Origin: Campylobacterota bacterium
Lineage (GTDB): Bacteria > Campylobacterota > Campylobacteria > Campylobacterales > Nitratiruptoraceae
DNA length: 64,000 bases
Assembly (NCBI GenBank): GCA_013153715.1
Contig: JAADDW010000013.1
Coordinates: 28,765 to 92,764, forward strand
Direction: 5' to 3'
The notes beneath the pieces are model-generated. The model did no database searches. It worked only from the letters and a program-made list of their open reading frames with translations, and was not told the origin of the DNA. Position 1 is the first letter of the stretch. Each line of letters begins with the position of its first letter. A program made the translations under genes and the position numbers. This document shows, one piece after another, positions 20,707 through 30,759 of the stretch.

Positions 20707-21843
20707 ATGCAGGAACCATTTAACATTGAAGAGGTCTCTAAAATCACCGGCGCCAACATCAAGGCTGTAGGAGTTGGAGGAGGGGGCGGTAATATGATCG
20801 CCCATATGATCAACGAGGGGATCGAAGGGATAGAGCTCATTGTCGCCAATACCGATTCCCAAGCCTTGGCAACCTCCAAAGCCCATACAAAGATTCAGTT
20901 GGGCGAGAAACTGACCCGGGGATTGGGGGCCGGTATGCAACCGGAGATTGGACGGGAAGCGGCCCTGGAGAGTTACGACCTCATCAAGGAGAAGTTGGAC
21001 GGAGCCGATATTGTCTTCATCTCAGCCGGTATGGGTGGCGGAACCGGAACCGGAGCGGCCCCGGTCATCGCCCAGGCGGCCAAGGAGGTGGGAGCCCTCA
21101 CCATCTCCGTCGTAACGAGACCCTTCAAATTTGAGGGACGGAAGCGGGCAAAACTGGCTGAAGAGGGGATCGAAGAGCTCAAGAAGGAGAGCGACTCCAT
21201 CGTCGTCATTCCCAATGATAAGCTCTTCTCTATTGTCGATAGGAAGTTGGGACTCAAAGATAGCTTCAAGATAGTCGATGACATCTTGGCCCGGGCCGTT
21301 GGAGGAATTAGTGGGGTGATCCTCTCCTACGGAGAGAACGATATTAACCTGGACTTTGCAGATGTGAAGACGGTCATGAGCCATAGGGGATTGGCTCTTA
21401 TGGGTGTCGGCGAGGCTACAGGGGAGAATTCGGCCTATGAGGCCATCAAGAGCGCCATCGAATCGCCCCTCTTGGACAACCTCTCCATCAACGGGGCTAT
21501 GGGAGTTCTGGTCCACTTCACCCTCCACCCAGAGTACCCCTTGATCGATATAGGGGAGGCGATGAATGTGGTCTTTGAGAGTGCCGACGACGATGCCCAT
21601 GTGATCTTCGGAACAACAACCAATAGCAATATGGCCCCTGACCAGGTGAAGATCACCCTCATCGCCACAGGCTTTGAGGAGGCCGCCGCTGCCGCCGCAT
21701 CTGGAGAGAAGGAGAAGAAGACCATCCAGATCGCCAAACCCTCCATCAAGGAACAGGCTCAGATGAGGAAGAAAGTGGTGGGCTTCGATGGAAATGAAGA
21801 TGTCCTCGACATTCCCACCTTCCTCCGCCAACAGATGGATTGA
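20707..21843 (+). CDS. ftsZ: Cell division GTPase FtsZ
   Basis: GVGGGGGNMIAHM and tubulin signature GMGGGTGTGAAPVIA. The C-terminal peptide DIPTFLRQQ is present. Confidence 0.97.
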   Translation: MQEPFNIEEVSKITGANIKAVGVGGGGGNMIAHMINEGIEGIELIVANTDSQALATSKAHTKIQLGEKLTRGLGAGMQPEIGREAALESYDLIKEKLDGADIVFISAGMGGGTGTGAAPVIAQAAKEVGALTISVVTRPFKFEGRKRAKLAEEGIEELKKESDSIVVIPNDKLFSIVDRKLGLKDSFKIVDDILARAVGGISGVILSYGENDINLDFADVKTVMSHRGLALMGVGEATGENSAYEAIKSAIESPLLDNLSINGAMGVLVHFTLHPEYPLIDIGEAMNVVFESADDDAHVIFGTTTNSNMAPDQVKITLIATGFEEAAAAAASGEKEKKTIQIAKPSIKEQAQMRKKVVGFDGNEDVLDIPTFLRQQMD

Positions 21844-22608
21844 TCACCGAATAACGGTGATGGGGCCCTCACTCCGTCCGTTGATGAACTGCTGAACATA
21901 GGGGTTGGAGGAGTGGCGGAACTCCTCCTTCCTCCCATACTCAATAATTCTCCCGTCGTAGAGCATGGCGAAGTAGTCTCCCGCCTTGAAACTCTCCTCT
22001 ATATCGTGGCTGATGAGGACAGAGGTGACATGGAGCTGTTCCTGGAGTGATCGGATCAGCTTTGTAATAAGGTCGCTGGTGATGGGGTCGAGACCGCTGG
22101 TAGGCTCGTCGTAGAGGATTATCTCCGGATCGAGGATAGTGGCCCGGGCCAACCCCACCCGTTTCCGCATACCTCCACTCAACTCATCTGGATAGAGTTT
22201 GAGGACATCATCGGGATTGAGGGCCACCATCTTCAACCGCTCCCGAACCTTCCTCTCAATCTCCCGCTCCCCCATCTCTGTATGTTCCCTGAGGGGAAAG
22301 CTCACATTCTCATAGACATTCATACTATCAAAGAGGGCTCCACTCTGGAAGAGGTAGCCAATCTTCTTCCGCATCCGCATCACCGTCTCCTCATCGGCCC
22401 GGGCCATATCGACATCTTCGACCCAGACCTCTCCCCGATCCGGCTTGAGGAGACGGACAATATGTTTGATAATCGTTGACTTCCCCCCTCCCGAGAGCCC
22501 GAGGATCACCGTTGTCTTCCCCCGGACCACATTGAGATTGACCCCCTTCAAAACTCTCTTGGGACCAAAACTCTTATGGAGATTCTTAATCCGAATGATA
22601 TGGTCCAA
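21844..22608 (-). CDS. ABC transporter ATP-binding protein, MlaF-like
   Basis: Walker A GLSGGGKST, signature LSGGMRKRV, Walker B ILYDEP, and an MlaF-like tail NPYVQQFINGRSEGP. TTG start at 22608. Its stop abuts the ftsZ stop, with no intergenic base. Confidence 0.8.
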   Translation of the reverse strand: MDHIIRIKNLHKSFGPKRVLKGVNLNVVRGKTTVILGLSGGGKSTIIKHIVRLLKPDRGEVWVEDVDMARADEETVMRMRKKIGYLFQSGALFDSMNVYENVSFPLREHTEMGEREIERKVRERLKMVALNPDDVLKLYPDELSGGMRKRVGLARATILDPEIILYDEPTSGLDPITSDLITKLIRSLQEQLHVTSVLISHDIEESFKAGDYFAMLYDGRIIEYGRKEEFRHSSNPYVQQFINGRSEGPITVIR

Positions 22609-23031
22609 AACTCACCCCTTCAATCCAAAATAGAGCCCCCACCAGAGGTGGAGACAGACTTAAGGGACATGGAAAGGATTATAATATAATTTACTGGGAA
22701 GACCAAATCAGATGGGAGAGTTAGAAAGCAGAAGGGAAACAGGAGGGGAATAGATGGCTTGGGAGTGACTCCGACGGTGGAATTCTGGGATCAAAAGGGA
22801 AAATTGACGAAAACTTAAAATGGTCACTATTCTCAGGGCTAAAGAAGTTATTCTCTTAGTTTTCCCAAATTTCTTCCTCTGGTGAATGGGTATGAATAGG
22901 CTCTATTGTTGATCAAAAAGTTGATAAAAAATGGGAAAAGTACTTCCTACTCTCCCCTCTTTTGTGTGGGAATATTGAAGAAGGCAATCAAAAGGAAGCT
23001 TTGAAGAAATTTGAAATGGTCACCAAAAGAG

Positions 23032-23106
23032 TGGCTCCGGATGCAGGATTCGAACCTGCGACCAACCGGTTAACAGCCGGTTGCTCTACCGCTGAGCTAA
23101 TCCGGA
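23032..23106 (-). tRNA. tRNA-Asn (anticodon GTT), CCA encoded
   Basis: 75-nt cloverleaf folded by hand. Acceptor TCCGGAT/ATCCGGA; D arm GCTC-AGCGGTA-GAGC; anticodon arm ACCGG-CTGTTAA-CCGGT; T arm GCAGG-TTCGAAT-CCTGC; discriminator G; CCA. Confidence 0.95.
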
Positions 23107-23128
23107 ACATCTTCTTTTTGTGAGTAGA

Positions 23129-23157
23129 ATTATAGAGAAATTCTTCCCCTTTGTCAA
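23129..23157 (-). promoter_or_regulatory. Consensus sigma70-type promoter for tRNA-Asn
   Basis: The minus strand reads TTGACA, a 17-nt spacer, then TATAAT. The -10 box ends 22 nt upstream of tRNA position 1. Confidence 0.6.
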
Positions 23158-23266
23158 GTCTCTCTCCAGGTGGAAGGGGGAAGGATCTTTGGAGTTGGGG
23201 GAGGGAGGAGAAGTGGCGGTGGGGAGTTCCTCTCTCCCCCGTAACTGCGTGGGGAGAGGGGTGAGG

Positions 23267-23287
23267 CAGAGGGAGCGCCTCCCTCTG
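23267..23287 (-). terminator. GC-rich hairpin downstream of the beta-helix gene (possible terminator, no U-tract)
   Basis: CAGAGGGAG-CGC-CTCCCTCTG forms a perfect 9-bp stem about 36 nt after the stop at 23323. No T-run follows. Confidence 0.3.
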
Positions 23288-23322
23288 GTTGTCGGAGGTC
23301 GGATCCACCTCTCCGGCCAGGA

Positions 23323-24621
23323 TTACTCATCGCTGGAGACCTCATCTCCGAAGAAAATCCTATCCCCATCTATATGGATGGAGTCGAAGGCCGGATCGGT
23401 CTTCTCCACATGGATATAGTTCCAGCGGAGAGAGCCGTCGCTTCCGCACCCCTCCTCCAATTTGGCCACAATAGAGAGATCTCTATTGACATAGATCCAG
23501 TCAAATGTCCCTCGATCGTAGTGGATATAGTATCCGCTGAACTGGAAGCTTTTCCCTTTCAACTTCTGGATAACCTCCTCCCTCGGTGTCATCTCTTTCC
23601 ACTCCCGCGCAAGGGTTATTCCACACTCCTCGGGGTTCTCCTTGCAGTACTCCTTTCCGGCATTGAACCCCTCTTCATACTCCTTAGCACTATCCTCCTC
23701 TGTGGGGCCACACGCCATGGGAGTATCGAAGAGCTTCTCCTTAAATTTCTCTACCGTCGCCTGGTGCGGATACTCCACCGCTCCCACATCGGGTTCCGAA
23801 TCCCTGGGGATCAACATAACATCTTCTATACTCGATTTGGCCTTATTCGCCTTTCCGATCAGAGGTGAGTTCCCCTTGAGGGAGAAGTCCCCTCCCTTCA
23901 CATCTCTATATCCAAACTCCTCTGTCTGGGTGTTGGAGCTCCCAAGCTCCTCCATGGAGATGCCGATGGCCTCCTTGATGAAGTTATTCCTGAAGACATA
24001 GGTAATACCCAACTCGGTCTGATCGCTACCTTTGAAATGGACTCTCTCAACGGCACTGTTGAGGACCATCAATTGGGGAGAATTTCCCTCCTCATCCTCT
24101 CCCTTGGAGAGGACCACAATATCTCCCCTCTCACCCTCTGACTCTGGAGCGATATTGTTGATCAGGGTCGAGTTTTTGATAATGACACTGTAATTTCCCT
24201 CGGCATAGACCCCCGCCCCTCCAATACCGGCATGACCGTTGGAGATGACGGCAACATTGGCGACAAAGGGTGACGAGTTGACAAAGACCGATCCCCCTCG
24301 CCTCCCTGCAGAGTTGTTCACCATCCAGACCTTATCCACTCCACCATTTCCACTGATCCAGATCCCCCCTCCATCATCTCCAGCAGAGTTGGAGTCGACG
24401 GCACTCCCAGAGAGACTCAGGGCATTCTGGTCGCCTACAGAGAAGAATATCGCCCCTCCGTTGAGGGAGGCATCATTCCCCGAGACTGTGGAGCTCTGGA
24501 TACGGACCTCTATCCTCGCCCCCTCTGCACAGATCGCCCCTCCAGAGGACCCTGCACTATTTCCGTCGAGTCGGGAGTTGTCTACGATGACCCTGATAGA
24601 AGTTGGTGACAGCACTAGCAC
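23323..24621 (-). CDS. Right-handed parallel beta-helix protein with Pmp-type GGAI repeats and an unassigned Cys-containing C-terminal domain
   Basis: 432 aa with repeated G-rich beta-helix rungs (SSGGAICAEG, LNGGAIFFSV, GGIWISGNGG, GGSVFVNSS, GGAGVYAEGN). GTG start with no obvious signal peptide. The last ~130 aa match nothing I recognise. Confidence 0.7.
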   Translation of the reverse strand: MLVLSPTSIRVIVDNSRLDGNSAGSSGGAICAEGARIEVRIQSSTVSGNDASLNGGAIFFSVGDQNALSLSGSAVDSNSAGDDGGGIWISGNGGVDKVWMVNNSAGRRGGSVFVNSSPFVANVAVISNGHAGIGGAGVYAEGNYSVIIKNSTLINNIAPESEGERGDIVVLSKGEDEEGNSPQLMVLNSAVERVHFKGSDQTELGITYVFRNNFIKEAIGISMEELGSSNTQTEEFGYRDVKGGDFSLKGNSPLIGKANKAKSSIEDVMLIPRDSEPDVGAVEYPHQATVEKFKEKLFDTPMACGPTEEDSAKEYEEGFNAGKEYCKENPEECGITLAREWKEMTPREEVIQKLKGKSFQFSGYYIHYDRGTFDWIYVNRDLSIVAKLEEGCGSDGSLRWNYIHVEKTDPAFDSIHIDGDRIFFGDEVSSDE

Positions 24622-24624
24622 TCT

Positions 24625-25545
24625 TTAACTTTTGGAGACTCTCTCGAAGAAAAGGGTGGTTCCGACTCTCCTCTCTCCGATCTCCCCCTCCTCCAGGAGT
24701 CGGGAGATCTCCTGGGCCGTCTCGGAGGTGAAGAGGGTCTCAATATCCCACTGGCTCAAGGGTCTCCGATCCAGGAGGTGGAGGAGCTCCTCCCGATTGA
24801 GGTGGATCCGATACTCCCCCTCTCCCTTGGAGCGGGTCACAATGGAGACGGGGAGCCCCTCCAGGAGATTGGAGAGCTGGAAGAGCCGCTGGGGGGTGAC
24901 AGGGTGGACCCTGTAGGCTGGAGGGCGGTCGATCGTTCCGAGATCGATCCGGTCCGCTCCTATTCTCTCCAGGGCCTCCCTGAGGGCCCTGAACTCCTCC
25001 TCTCTGTCGTTGATCCCCTGGACGACGAGGATCTCCACAAAGAGGAGCCCCTTGAAGAGCTCCCTGAAGGCGGCGATCCCATCGATAATCTTCCCGATCT
25101 CCATACCCTTGAGGGGGCGGTCCAACCTCTTGAAACACCGCTGGGTGGCACAGTCCAGAGAGAGCTTGACCATATCGAGACGGGCAAGGCTCTCCCGAAT
25201 GGAGGGGTCGGTAATGGTAGAGCTGTTGGAGAGGATCAGGAGTTGGGGGAGACCCTGGAGGGTTCGGAGCTCCGTGATGAGGGTGTCAAGGTGGGGATAG
25301 AGTGTGGGTTCTCCATTGGCGGTGATGGTGAGGGTGTCGAGCTGGGGAAAGCGGGCCAACTCACCCTCTACCTGGGAGACAATGGCCTCTACAGGGGGAG
25401 GGTTCTCTATGGAGCGGGTCGGTTTCGCCCCTCCCAGTTCGCAGTAGAGGCAGTCGAAGGTACAGCTCTTCCGCTCCGGGGAGAGATCGATCCCCAGGGA
25501 GAGACCGAACCGCCGTGATCTGATGGGACCGAAGGTGTACCTCAT
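24625..25545 (-). CDS. Radical SAM domain protein
   Basis: CxxxCxxC cluster motif (CTFDCLYC) near the N-terminus. 306 aa. ATGA overlap with hemE upstream, and the same hemE-radical SAM adjacency as I recall for C. jejuni Cj1243-1244. Confidence 0.88.
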   Translation of the reverse strand: MRYTFGPIRSRRFGLSLGIDLSPERKSCTFDCLYCELGGAKPTRSIENPPPVEAIVSQVEGELARFPQLDTLTITANGEPTLYPHLDTLITELRTLQGLPQLLILSNSSTITDPSIRESLARLDMVKLSLDCATQRCFKRLDRPLKGMEIGKIIDGIAAFRELFKGLLFVEILVVQGINDREEEFRALREALERIGADRIDLGTIDRPPAYRVHPVTPQRLFQLSNLLEGLPVSIVTRSKGEGEYRIHLNREELLHLLDRRPLSQWDIETLFTSETAQEISRLLEEGEIGERRVGTTLFFERVSKS

Positions 25546-26564
25546 CGGCGGGTCAGATCGTGGACCAGCTCCACAAGGTATTTGGCATTCTCCACAGGGA
25601 GGTCTGGGAGCATACCGTGGCCCAGATTGAAGATGTGGCCCTCCCGAGCCCCCATGACCTCAATAATCTCCTCGACCCCCTTCTTGGTGGCCTCCCTGTC
25701 GTAGAGCCGGGCAGGTTCCATATTGCCCTGGAGGACATACCGCTCTCCCAGCTCCCTCTTGGCCAGCTCCATAGGTGTCCCCCAATCGACTCCGAAGACA
25801 TCAAATTGCCCATAGATCCCGTCTAGATAGCCTGCAATCCCCTTAGGGAAGAGAATGACGGGAATTTCGGGATGCCGCTCTTTGAGGAACTGGGCGATCT
25901 CCACCATGTAGCTCCAGCTGAACTCGAAGAAGGCCTCCCTCTCTAGGGCGCTGGCCCAGCTGTCGAAGATCTGGACCGCATTGACCCCAGCCTCTATCTG
26001 TTTCAGGAGGTAGGCCTTGATGGCCTCACTCAATTTGATCAGGAGGGCGTGGAGAACCTCTGGCTCGGTATAGACCATCTTCTTGATGGCGGCGTAGGTC
26101 TTGGAACCGCTCCCCTCCACCATGTAGGTAGCCAGGGTCCAGGGGGCTCCGCTGAAGCCGATGAGGGCCTTCTCCTTGGGGAGCCTCTCCCTGACAATAC
26201 CGATTGTCTCATAGACATAGCCCAGCCGCTCCTCGGGATAGTCGTAGAGGGCCTCCACATCGTCGAGACTCCGTATGGGCCTCTCCAGGAGGGGACCCTC
26301 CCCCTTCTGGAAATGGAGCTCCATACCCATCTCCATAGGGATGACGAGAATGTCGCTGAAGAGGATGGCGGCATCGACATCGAGGATCTCCACAGGCTGG
26401 AGGGTGACCTGGGCCGCCAGTTCAGGATCTTTACAGAGGGAGAGGAAATCTCCCGCCCTGTTCCGAACCTCCATATACTCGGGGAGGTAGCGCCCCGCCT
26501 GGCGCATCATCCAGATCGGGGTATAGGGGGTCTTCTTCCGAAAACAGGCATCGACAAAGATCAT
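25542..26564 (-). CDS. hemE: Uroporphyrinogen decarboxylase
   Basis: [15 protein letters not shown] signature near the N-terminus. 340 aa. Confidence 0.95.
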   Translation of the reverse strand: MIFVDACFRKKTPYTPIWMMRQAGRYLPEYMEVRNRAGDFLSLCKDPELAAQVTLQPVEILDVDAAILFSDILVIPMEMGMELHFQKGEGPLLERPIRSLDDVEALYDYPEERLGYVYETIGIVRERLPKEKALIGFSGAPWTLATYMVEGSGSKTYAAIKKMVYTEPEVLHALLIKLSEAIKAYLLKQIEAGVNAVQIFDSWASALEREAFFEFSWSYMVEIAQFLKERHPEIPVILFPKGIAGYLDGIYGQFDVFGVDWGTPMELAKRELGERYVLQGNMEPARLYDREATKKGVEEIIEVMGAREGHIFNLGHGMLPDLPVENAKYLVELVHDLTRR

Positions 26565-27097
26565 CGCTCACCCCTCTGCTCCGAATGGGTCGCCCCTTTG
26601 TGGAGGAAGTAGAGACCGACTGCCAGGGCGAAGATGGAGAGGGCGAAGTAGAGCATCTCCAAAGCCCCGTTATATTCCATGTTAATAACCCGCTTGAAGA
26701 AGCTGACGATGAGAACCATGACGATCACCTTGGCCAGCTTATCCTTGAGCTGGTCTAGGTTCTTGATCTTGAGGATCTCACTACTCTCACTACTCTCGGC
26801 CGGGTCTATCTTGGAGATGAAGAGCTCATAGAGACCGAAGCTGAAGAGGAGCATGACCACGGCGATAAGGTAGAGGTCCACAGCTCCGATAATATCCCCT
26901 ACAATCTTCTCGTGGAAGTTGGAGGGGTGGTGGTGGGTGAGGAGGGCCTCCAAGGTATAGACCGCCACATTGTAAATATCCATACTGGCGACCACAAAGA
27001 GGATGAGGGCCCCGACCATGCCGAAGACAACGGCGAGGAGGGAGAAGAGACGGGTATTCCAGAGGGCGTGTTCAAAGATCTTCTCAAGAATGTTCAT
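26561..27097 (-). CDS. yqhA: YqhA/UPF0114-family membrane protein
   Basis: 178 aa with N-terminus [26 protein letters not shown] and several TM helices. 4-nt overlaps on both sides. Confidence 0.78.
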   Translation of the reverse strand: MNILEKIFEHALWNTRLFSLLAVVFGMVGALILFVVASMDIYNVAVYTLEALLTHHHPSNFHEKIVGDIIGAVDLYLIAVVMLLFSFGLYELFISKIDPAESSESSEILKIKNLDQLKDKLAKVIVMVLIVSFFKRVINMEYNGALEMLYFALSIFALAVGLYFLHKGATHSEQRGER

Positions 27098-28125
27098 AGC
27101 TCATACTCCATCTCTACCCATTTCTGGGCAATTCTGACGGCGTTGGTGGCGGCTCCGACCCTCAAATTGTCGGCCACAATCCAGATATGGAGGACATTGT
27201 CCCGATAGAGATCCTTCCTGATCCGTCCGACAAAGGTCTCATCTTTCTCCACAACCATAATGGGCATCGGATAGAGGAGGTTCTCGGGATCATCGACAAC
27301 TACAATATTCTCCCCCTTCCTCAAGACATCTCGGGCCCTTTCGGGATCTATATCCCTCTCAAACCAGATGGTCACCGCCTCACTATGGCCCCGGAGGACC
27401 GGAACCCGGACACAGGTGGCGGCCACTTCGATCTCCTTGTGCATGATCTTCTTGGTCTCATTGACCATCTTCATCTCTTCCTTGGTGTAGCCATTCTCCA
27501 TGAAGCGGTCGATCTGGGGAATGACATTGAGGGCGATCTGGTGGGGGAAGACCTCGTGGGGGCTCTCATCGAGTTTGAAGGCGAAGAAGTCCTTCATCTG
27601 CATGACCATCTCCTCCATGGCACTCTTTCCAGCACCGCTGGTAGCCTGGTAGGTGGCCACATCGACCCGTTTGACCCCAAAGGCGTCGTCGAGAGGTTTG
27701 AGGGCCTGGACCATCTGGATTGTCGAGCAGTTGGGGTTGGCGATGATCCCCTTGTTCCTCCAGGCCCCAATATCTTGGGGGTTGACCTCGGGAACGACCA
27801 GGGGAACCTGGGGATCCATACGGAAGTGGCTGGTGTTGTCGATGACCACCGCCCCAGCCTCTGCGGCAAAGGGGGCAAAGTGGGCGGAGACACTCCCTCC
27901 GGCGCTGAAGAGGGCGATCTCGATCTCCTCCTCTTCAAAAATACTCTCCGTCAACTCCTTGACGACAATCTCTTCCCCCCTGAATTCCACTGTACTCCCC
28001 GCACTTCGGGCGCTGGCCAGGGGGAGGAGTTTCGCCACTGGAAAATCGACCTCCTCCAGAACCCTTATCATCTCCTCCCCGACGGCACCTGTAGCTCCAA
28101 CAACGGCCACATTAAACTTCTTCAT
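27094..28125 (-). CDS. asd: Aspartate-semialdehyde dehydrogenase (343 aa)
   Basis: Start at ATG 28125 ([16 protein letters not shown]), preceded by GAGGAGG. Active-site region IANPNCSTI is present. The track start 28191 adds an implausible basic extension. Confidence 0.93.
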   Translation of the reverse strand: MKKFNVAVVGATGAVGEEMIRVLEEVDFPVAKLLPLASARSAGSTVEFRGEEIVVKELTESIFEEEEIEIALFSAGGSVSAHFAPFAAEAGAVVIDNTSHFRMDPQVPLVVPEVNPQDIGAWRNKGIIANPNCSTIQMVQALKPLDDAFGVKRVDVATYQATSGAGKSAMEEMVMQMKDFFAFKLDESPHEVFPHQIALNVIPQIDRFMENGYTKEEMKMVNETKKIMHKEIEVAATCVRVPVLRGHSEAVTIWFERDIDPERARDVLRKGENIVVVDDPENLLYPMPIMVVEKDETFVGRIRKDLYRDNVLHIWIVADNLRVGAATNAVRIAQKWVEMEYEL

Positions 28126-30571
28126 CGTTCTCCTCCTCTTTCGGACATTTTGCGATACTGACCACCTTGTCTCCCGACTCGACCCGGACAATCTTGACTC
28201 CGCTCGTATTCCTTCCAGCCTTGCGGATACTCTCCATATCGACCCGTATCATCTTGCCGCTAGATGTGAGGGCCATGAGATCCTTGTCATTTTCGACGGT
28301 CACGACACCCACCACATTACCGGTCTTGGGTGTGAGCTTCATGGCGATCACACCCTTTCCACCCCTCGACTGCTCCCGATACTCTCTGGCCTCGGTCCGC
28401 TTACCGATCCCCCTCTCGCTGACGGTGAGGAGCTCCTGATCTTCGCTGTAGATCGTCTCGGCTCCGACAACAAAATCCCCCTCATACTTGAAGCGGATCC
28501 CGGTCACTCCCCGGGCATTCCGCCCCATCTGGCGGACCTCATCGACCTTGAACCGGATACAGATCCCCTTCTGGGTGATGATGAAGAGCCACTGGGTTCT
28601 GGGATCGACAATTTTGGCGGTCACCAACTCATCATCTTCGTCGAGGGTGATTGCCCGGACCCCCTTGGAACGGATATTACTGAACTCTGCAAGATTGGTC
28701 CGCTTGACAACCCCGTTTCGGGTAAAGAAGGCCAGGGATTTATCTTGGCTGAAGTCGGTGGTCGGAATGATCGCCTTGATCTTCTCCTCTGGTTCCAGCT
28801 GGAGCAGGTTGACGACAGCCTTCCCTTTGGCGTTCCGTCCCGCCTCGGGAATTTTATAGACCTTGAGCCAGTAGAGCTGGCCCCGATCGGTAATGAACAT
28901 CAGGGTATCGTGGGCGTTGGAGACAAAGAAGTCCTCAATAAAGTCGTCCTCGTAGGTGGTCACCGCCGTCTTCCCTTTCCCCCCCCGTTTCTGCTTCTCA
29001 TAGAGCTTGAGGGGGACCCTCTTGATATACCCCCTGTGGGTGATGGTGACCACCATCGGTTCATTGGGGATCAGATCCTCTATCTCGATCTCATCGTAAT
29101 CTTCGACAATCTGGGTGAGGCGGGGGGTGGAGAATCTCTCCTTGAGCTCCAGGAGCTCCTCCTTGATAATCTCATTGAGCCGCTCCTCACTCTTGAGAAT
29201 TCCCTTGAGCCTCTCAATCTCCTCCTGGAGCTCCCTATACTCCTCTCCCAGTTTGGACTGCTCCAATCCTGTGAGGCGCTGGAGCTTCATCTCCAAAATG
29301 GCTGTGGTCTGCTTCTCACTGAGTTGGAGACTCTCCATGAGGACCGATCGGGCAATTCGGCTATCCTCACTCCCCTTGATGTCGCCAATGACACCATCAA
29401 TATTGTCCAGAGCCTTCAGGAGCCCCTCGATAATATGGAGCCGTGCCTTGGCCTTCTCCAGCTCGTGGATCGTCCTCCGAATCACAACGGTACGCCGATG
29501 GTTGAGGAAGAGGTGGAGGAGTTCCAAGAGGGTAAAGACCTTGGGTTCCCTGTTGTGAATGGCGAGGAGGTTGATGCCGAAGGTGGTCTCCATGAGGGTC
29601 TGTTTGTAGAGATTGTTGAGGACAATCTCGCTGATGGCATCCTTCTTGAGCTCTATGACCACCCGAATCCCCTCCTTGTCACTCTCGTCCCGTATCTCCC
29701 CGATGCCGTCGATCTGCTTCTCCTTGACAAGGTTGGCGATCTGCTCAATGAGCCGAGACTTATTGACCTGGTAGGGGATCTCATCGATGACAATGGCCTC
29801 CCTGTTCTTGAGTCTCTCCATATGGGTCTTGGCCCTTACCTTGATCCGCCCCCGCCCCGTTCTGTAGGCCGTCACAATTCCCTGTTTTCCGTAGATAATC
29901 CCCCCTGTCGGGAAGTCGGGCCCTTGGATATGTTCCATGACCTGGGCAAGGTCGGCCCCGGGATTGTCGATGAGGAGGACCAGGGCGTCCACCAGCTCAT
30001 CCAGCCTGTGGGAGGGGATATTGGTGGCCATACCAACAGCTATTCCGCTGGAGCCGTTGAGGAGGAGGTTGGGGAGTCGGGCCGGAAGGAGATCGGGCTC
30101 TGTCAGGGTATCGTCGTAGTTGGGAACGAAATCGACTGTCTCCTTATCAATATCCCTCAAGAGCTCTTCGGCCACCGCCGTCATTCTCGCCTCGGTGTAC
30201 CGCATAGCCGCCGCATTGTCACCGTCGATGGAGCCGAAGTTCCCCTGACCGTCGATGAGGGGCATACGGACGCTGAAGGGCTGGGCCATGCGGACCAGGG
30301 CCTCATAGACGGCACTATCACCGTGGGGATGGTATTTACCGATCACATCCCCCACAATCCGGGCGCTCTTCTTGTAGGGGGCCCTGCTGGTGAGCCCCAA
30401 CTCATTCATGGCGTAGAGTATCCGTCTATGGACAGGCTTCAATCCATCCCGTGCGTCGGGGAGGGCCCGCCCAATAATGACACTCATGGAGTAGTCGAGG
30501 TAGCTGTTTTTGACAGATTCCTCTATATCGATCTCTTGAATATCTTGCCTCTTTTCAAAAAGATCACCCAT
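28112..30571 (-). CDS. gyrA: DNA gyrase subunit A
   Basis: [19 protein letters not shown] and active-site region [10 protein letters not shown] prefer ATG 30571 (GAGGA 5 nt upstream) over ATG 30583, which has no SD and lies 22 nt from a TATAAT at 30605..30610. Confidence 0.95.
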   Translation of the reverse strand: MGDLFEKRQDIQEIDIEESVKNSYLDYSMSVIIGRALPDARDGLKPVHRRILYAMNELGLTSRAPYKKSARIVGDVIGKYHPHGDSAVYEALVRMAQPFSVRMPLIDGQGNFGSIDGDNAAAMRYTEARMTAVAEELLRDIDKETVDFVPNYDDTLTEPDLLPARLPNLLLNGSSGIAVGMATNIPSHRLDELVDALVLLIDNPGADLAQVMEHIQGPDFPTGGIIYGKQGIVTAYRTGRGRIKVRAKTHMERLKNREAIVIDEIPYQVNKSRLIEQIANLVKEKQIDGIGEIRDESDKEGIRVVIELKKDAISEIVLNNLYKQTLMETTFGINLLAIHNREPKVFTLLELLHLFLNHRRTVVIRRTIHELEKAKARLHIIEGLLKALDNIDGVIGDIKGSEDSRIARSVLMESLQLSEKQTTAILEMKLQRLTGLEQSKLGEEYRELQEEIERLKGILKSEERLNEIIKEELLELKERFSTPRLTQIVEDYDEIEIEDLIPNEPMVVTITHRGYIKRVPLKLYEKQKRGGKGKTAVTTYEDDFIEDFFVSNAHDTLMFITDRGQLYWLKVYKIPEAGRNAKGKAVVNLLQLEPEEKIKAIIPTTDFSQDKSLAFFTRNGVVKRTNLAEFSNIRSKGVRAITLDEDDELVTAKIVDPRTQWLFIITQKGICIRFKVDEVRQMGRNARGVTGIRFKYEGDFVVGAETIYSEDQELLTVSERGIGKRTEAREYREQSRGGKGVIAMKLTPKTGNVVGVVTVENDKDLMALTSSGKMIRVDMESIRKAGRNTSGVKIVRVESGDKVVSIAKCPKEEENDEEV

Positions 30572-30656
30572 CGGTATCCTCATAGTAGAATTTAAATTTG
30601 GGATATTATATCCTTTTTACGATAACAGGAAATTGAGAGGAAAAGGGGCTCTACCT

Positions 30657-30682
30657 CTGCCTGTCCCCGAAGGGGGAGGCAG
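30657..30682 (-). terminator. GC-rich hairpin between nirA and gyrA (candidate terminator)
   Basis: CTGCCT(GT)CCCC-GAAG-GGGG-AGGCAG forms 6+4 bp with a 2-nt bulge and a GAAG loop. On the minus strand a TTTT run follows about 12 nt later. Two more short GC hairpins lie at about 30695-30738. Confidence 0.3.
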
Positions 30683-30759
30683 TGGTCAAAGAACTCCGGA
30701 CGGCTCCGGTCTCCCACCTCCTCGGTCCGAGGGGGTCCAGGGGCCAGAGAGGGTCTCGG

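Noticed and set aside
23160-23262. G-tract-rich plus strand as a G-quadruplex (or C-rich i-motif) element between the beta-helix gene and the tRNA promoter
   Set aside because: The G-runs are separated by loops of 13-16 nt, outside canonical G4 spacing. The region is more simply a set of GC hairpins.
22988-23308. 106-aa minus-strand ORF
   Set aside because: It runs straight through the tRNA-Asn gene and its promoter. It has no RBS and a Pro/Ser-rich composition.
27653-30595. 980-aa plus-strand ORF covering the whole gyrA/asd region
   Set aside because: It is antisense to unmistakable gyrA and asd genes and has low-complexity G/L/P/E/D-rich composition with no recognisable motif. The strong GAG/CTC/GGG/CCC codon bias of this genome removes stop codons from the complementary frame.
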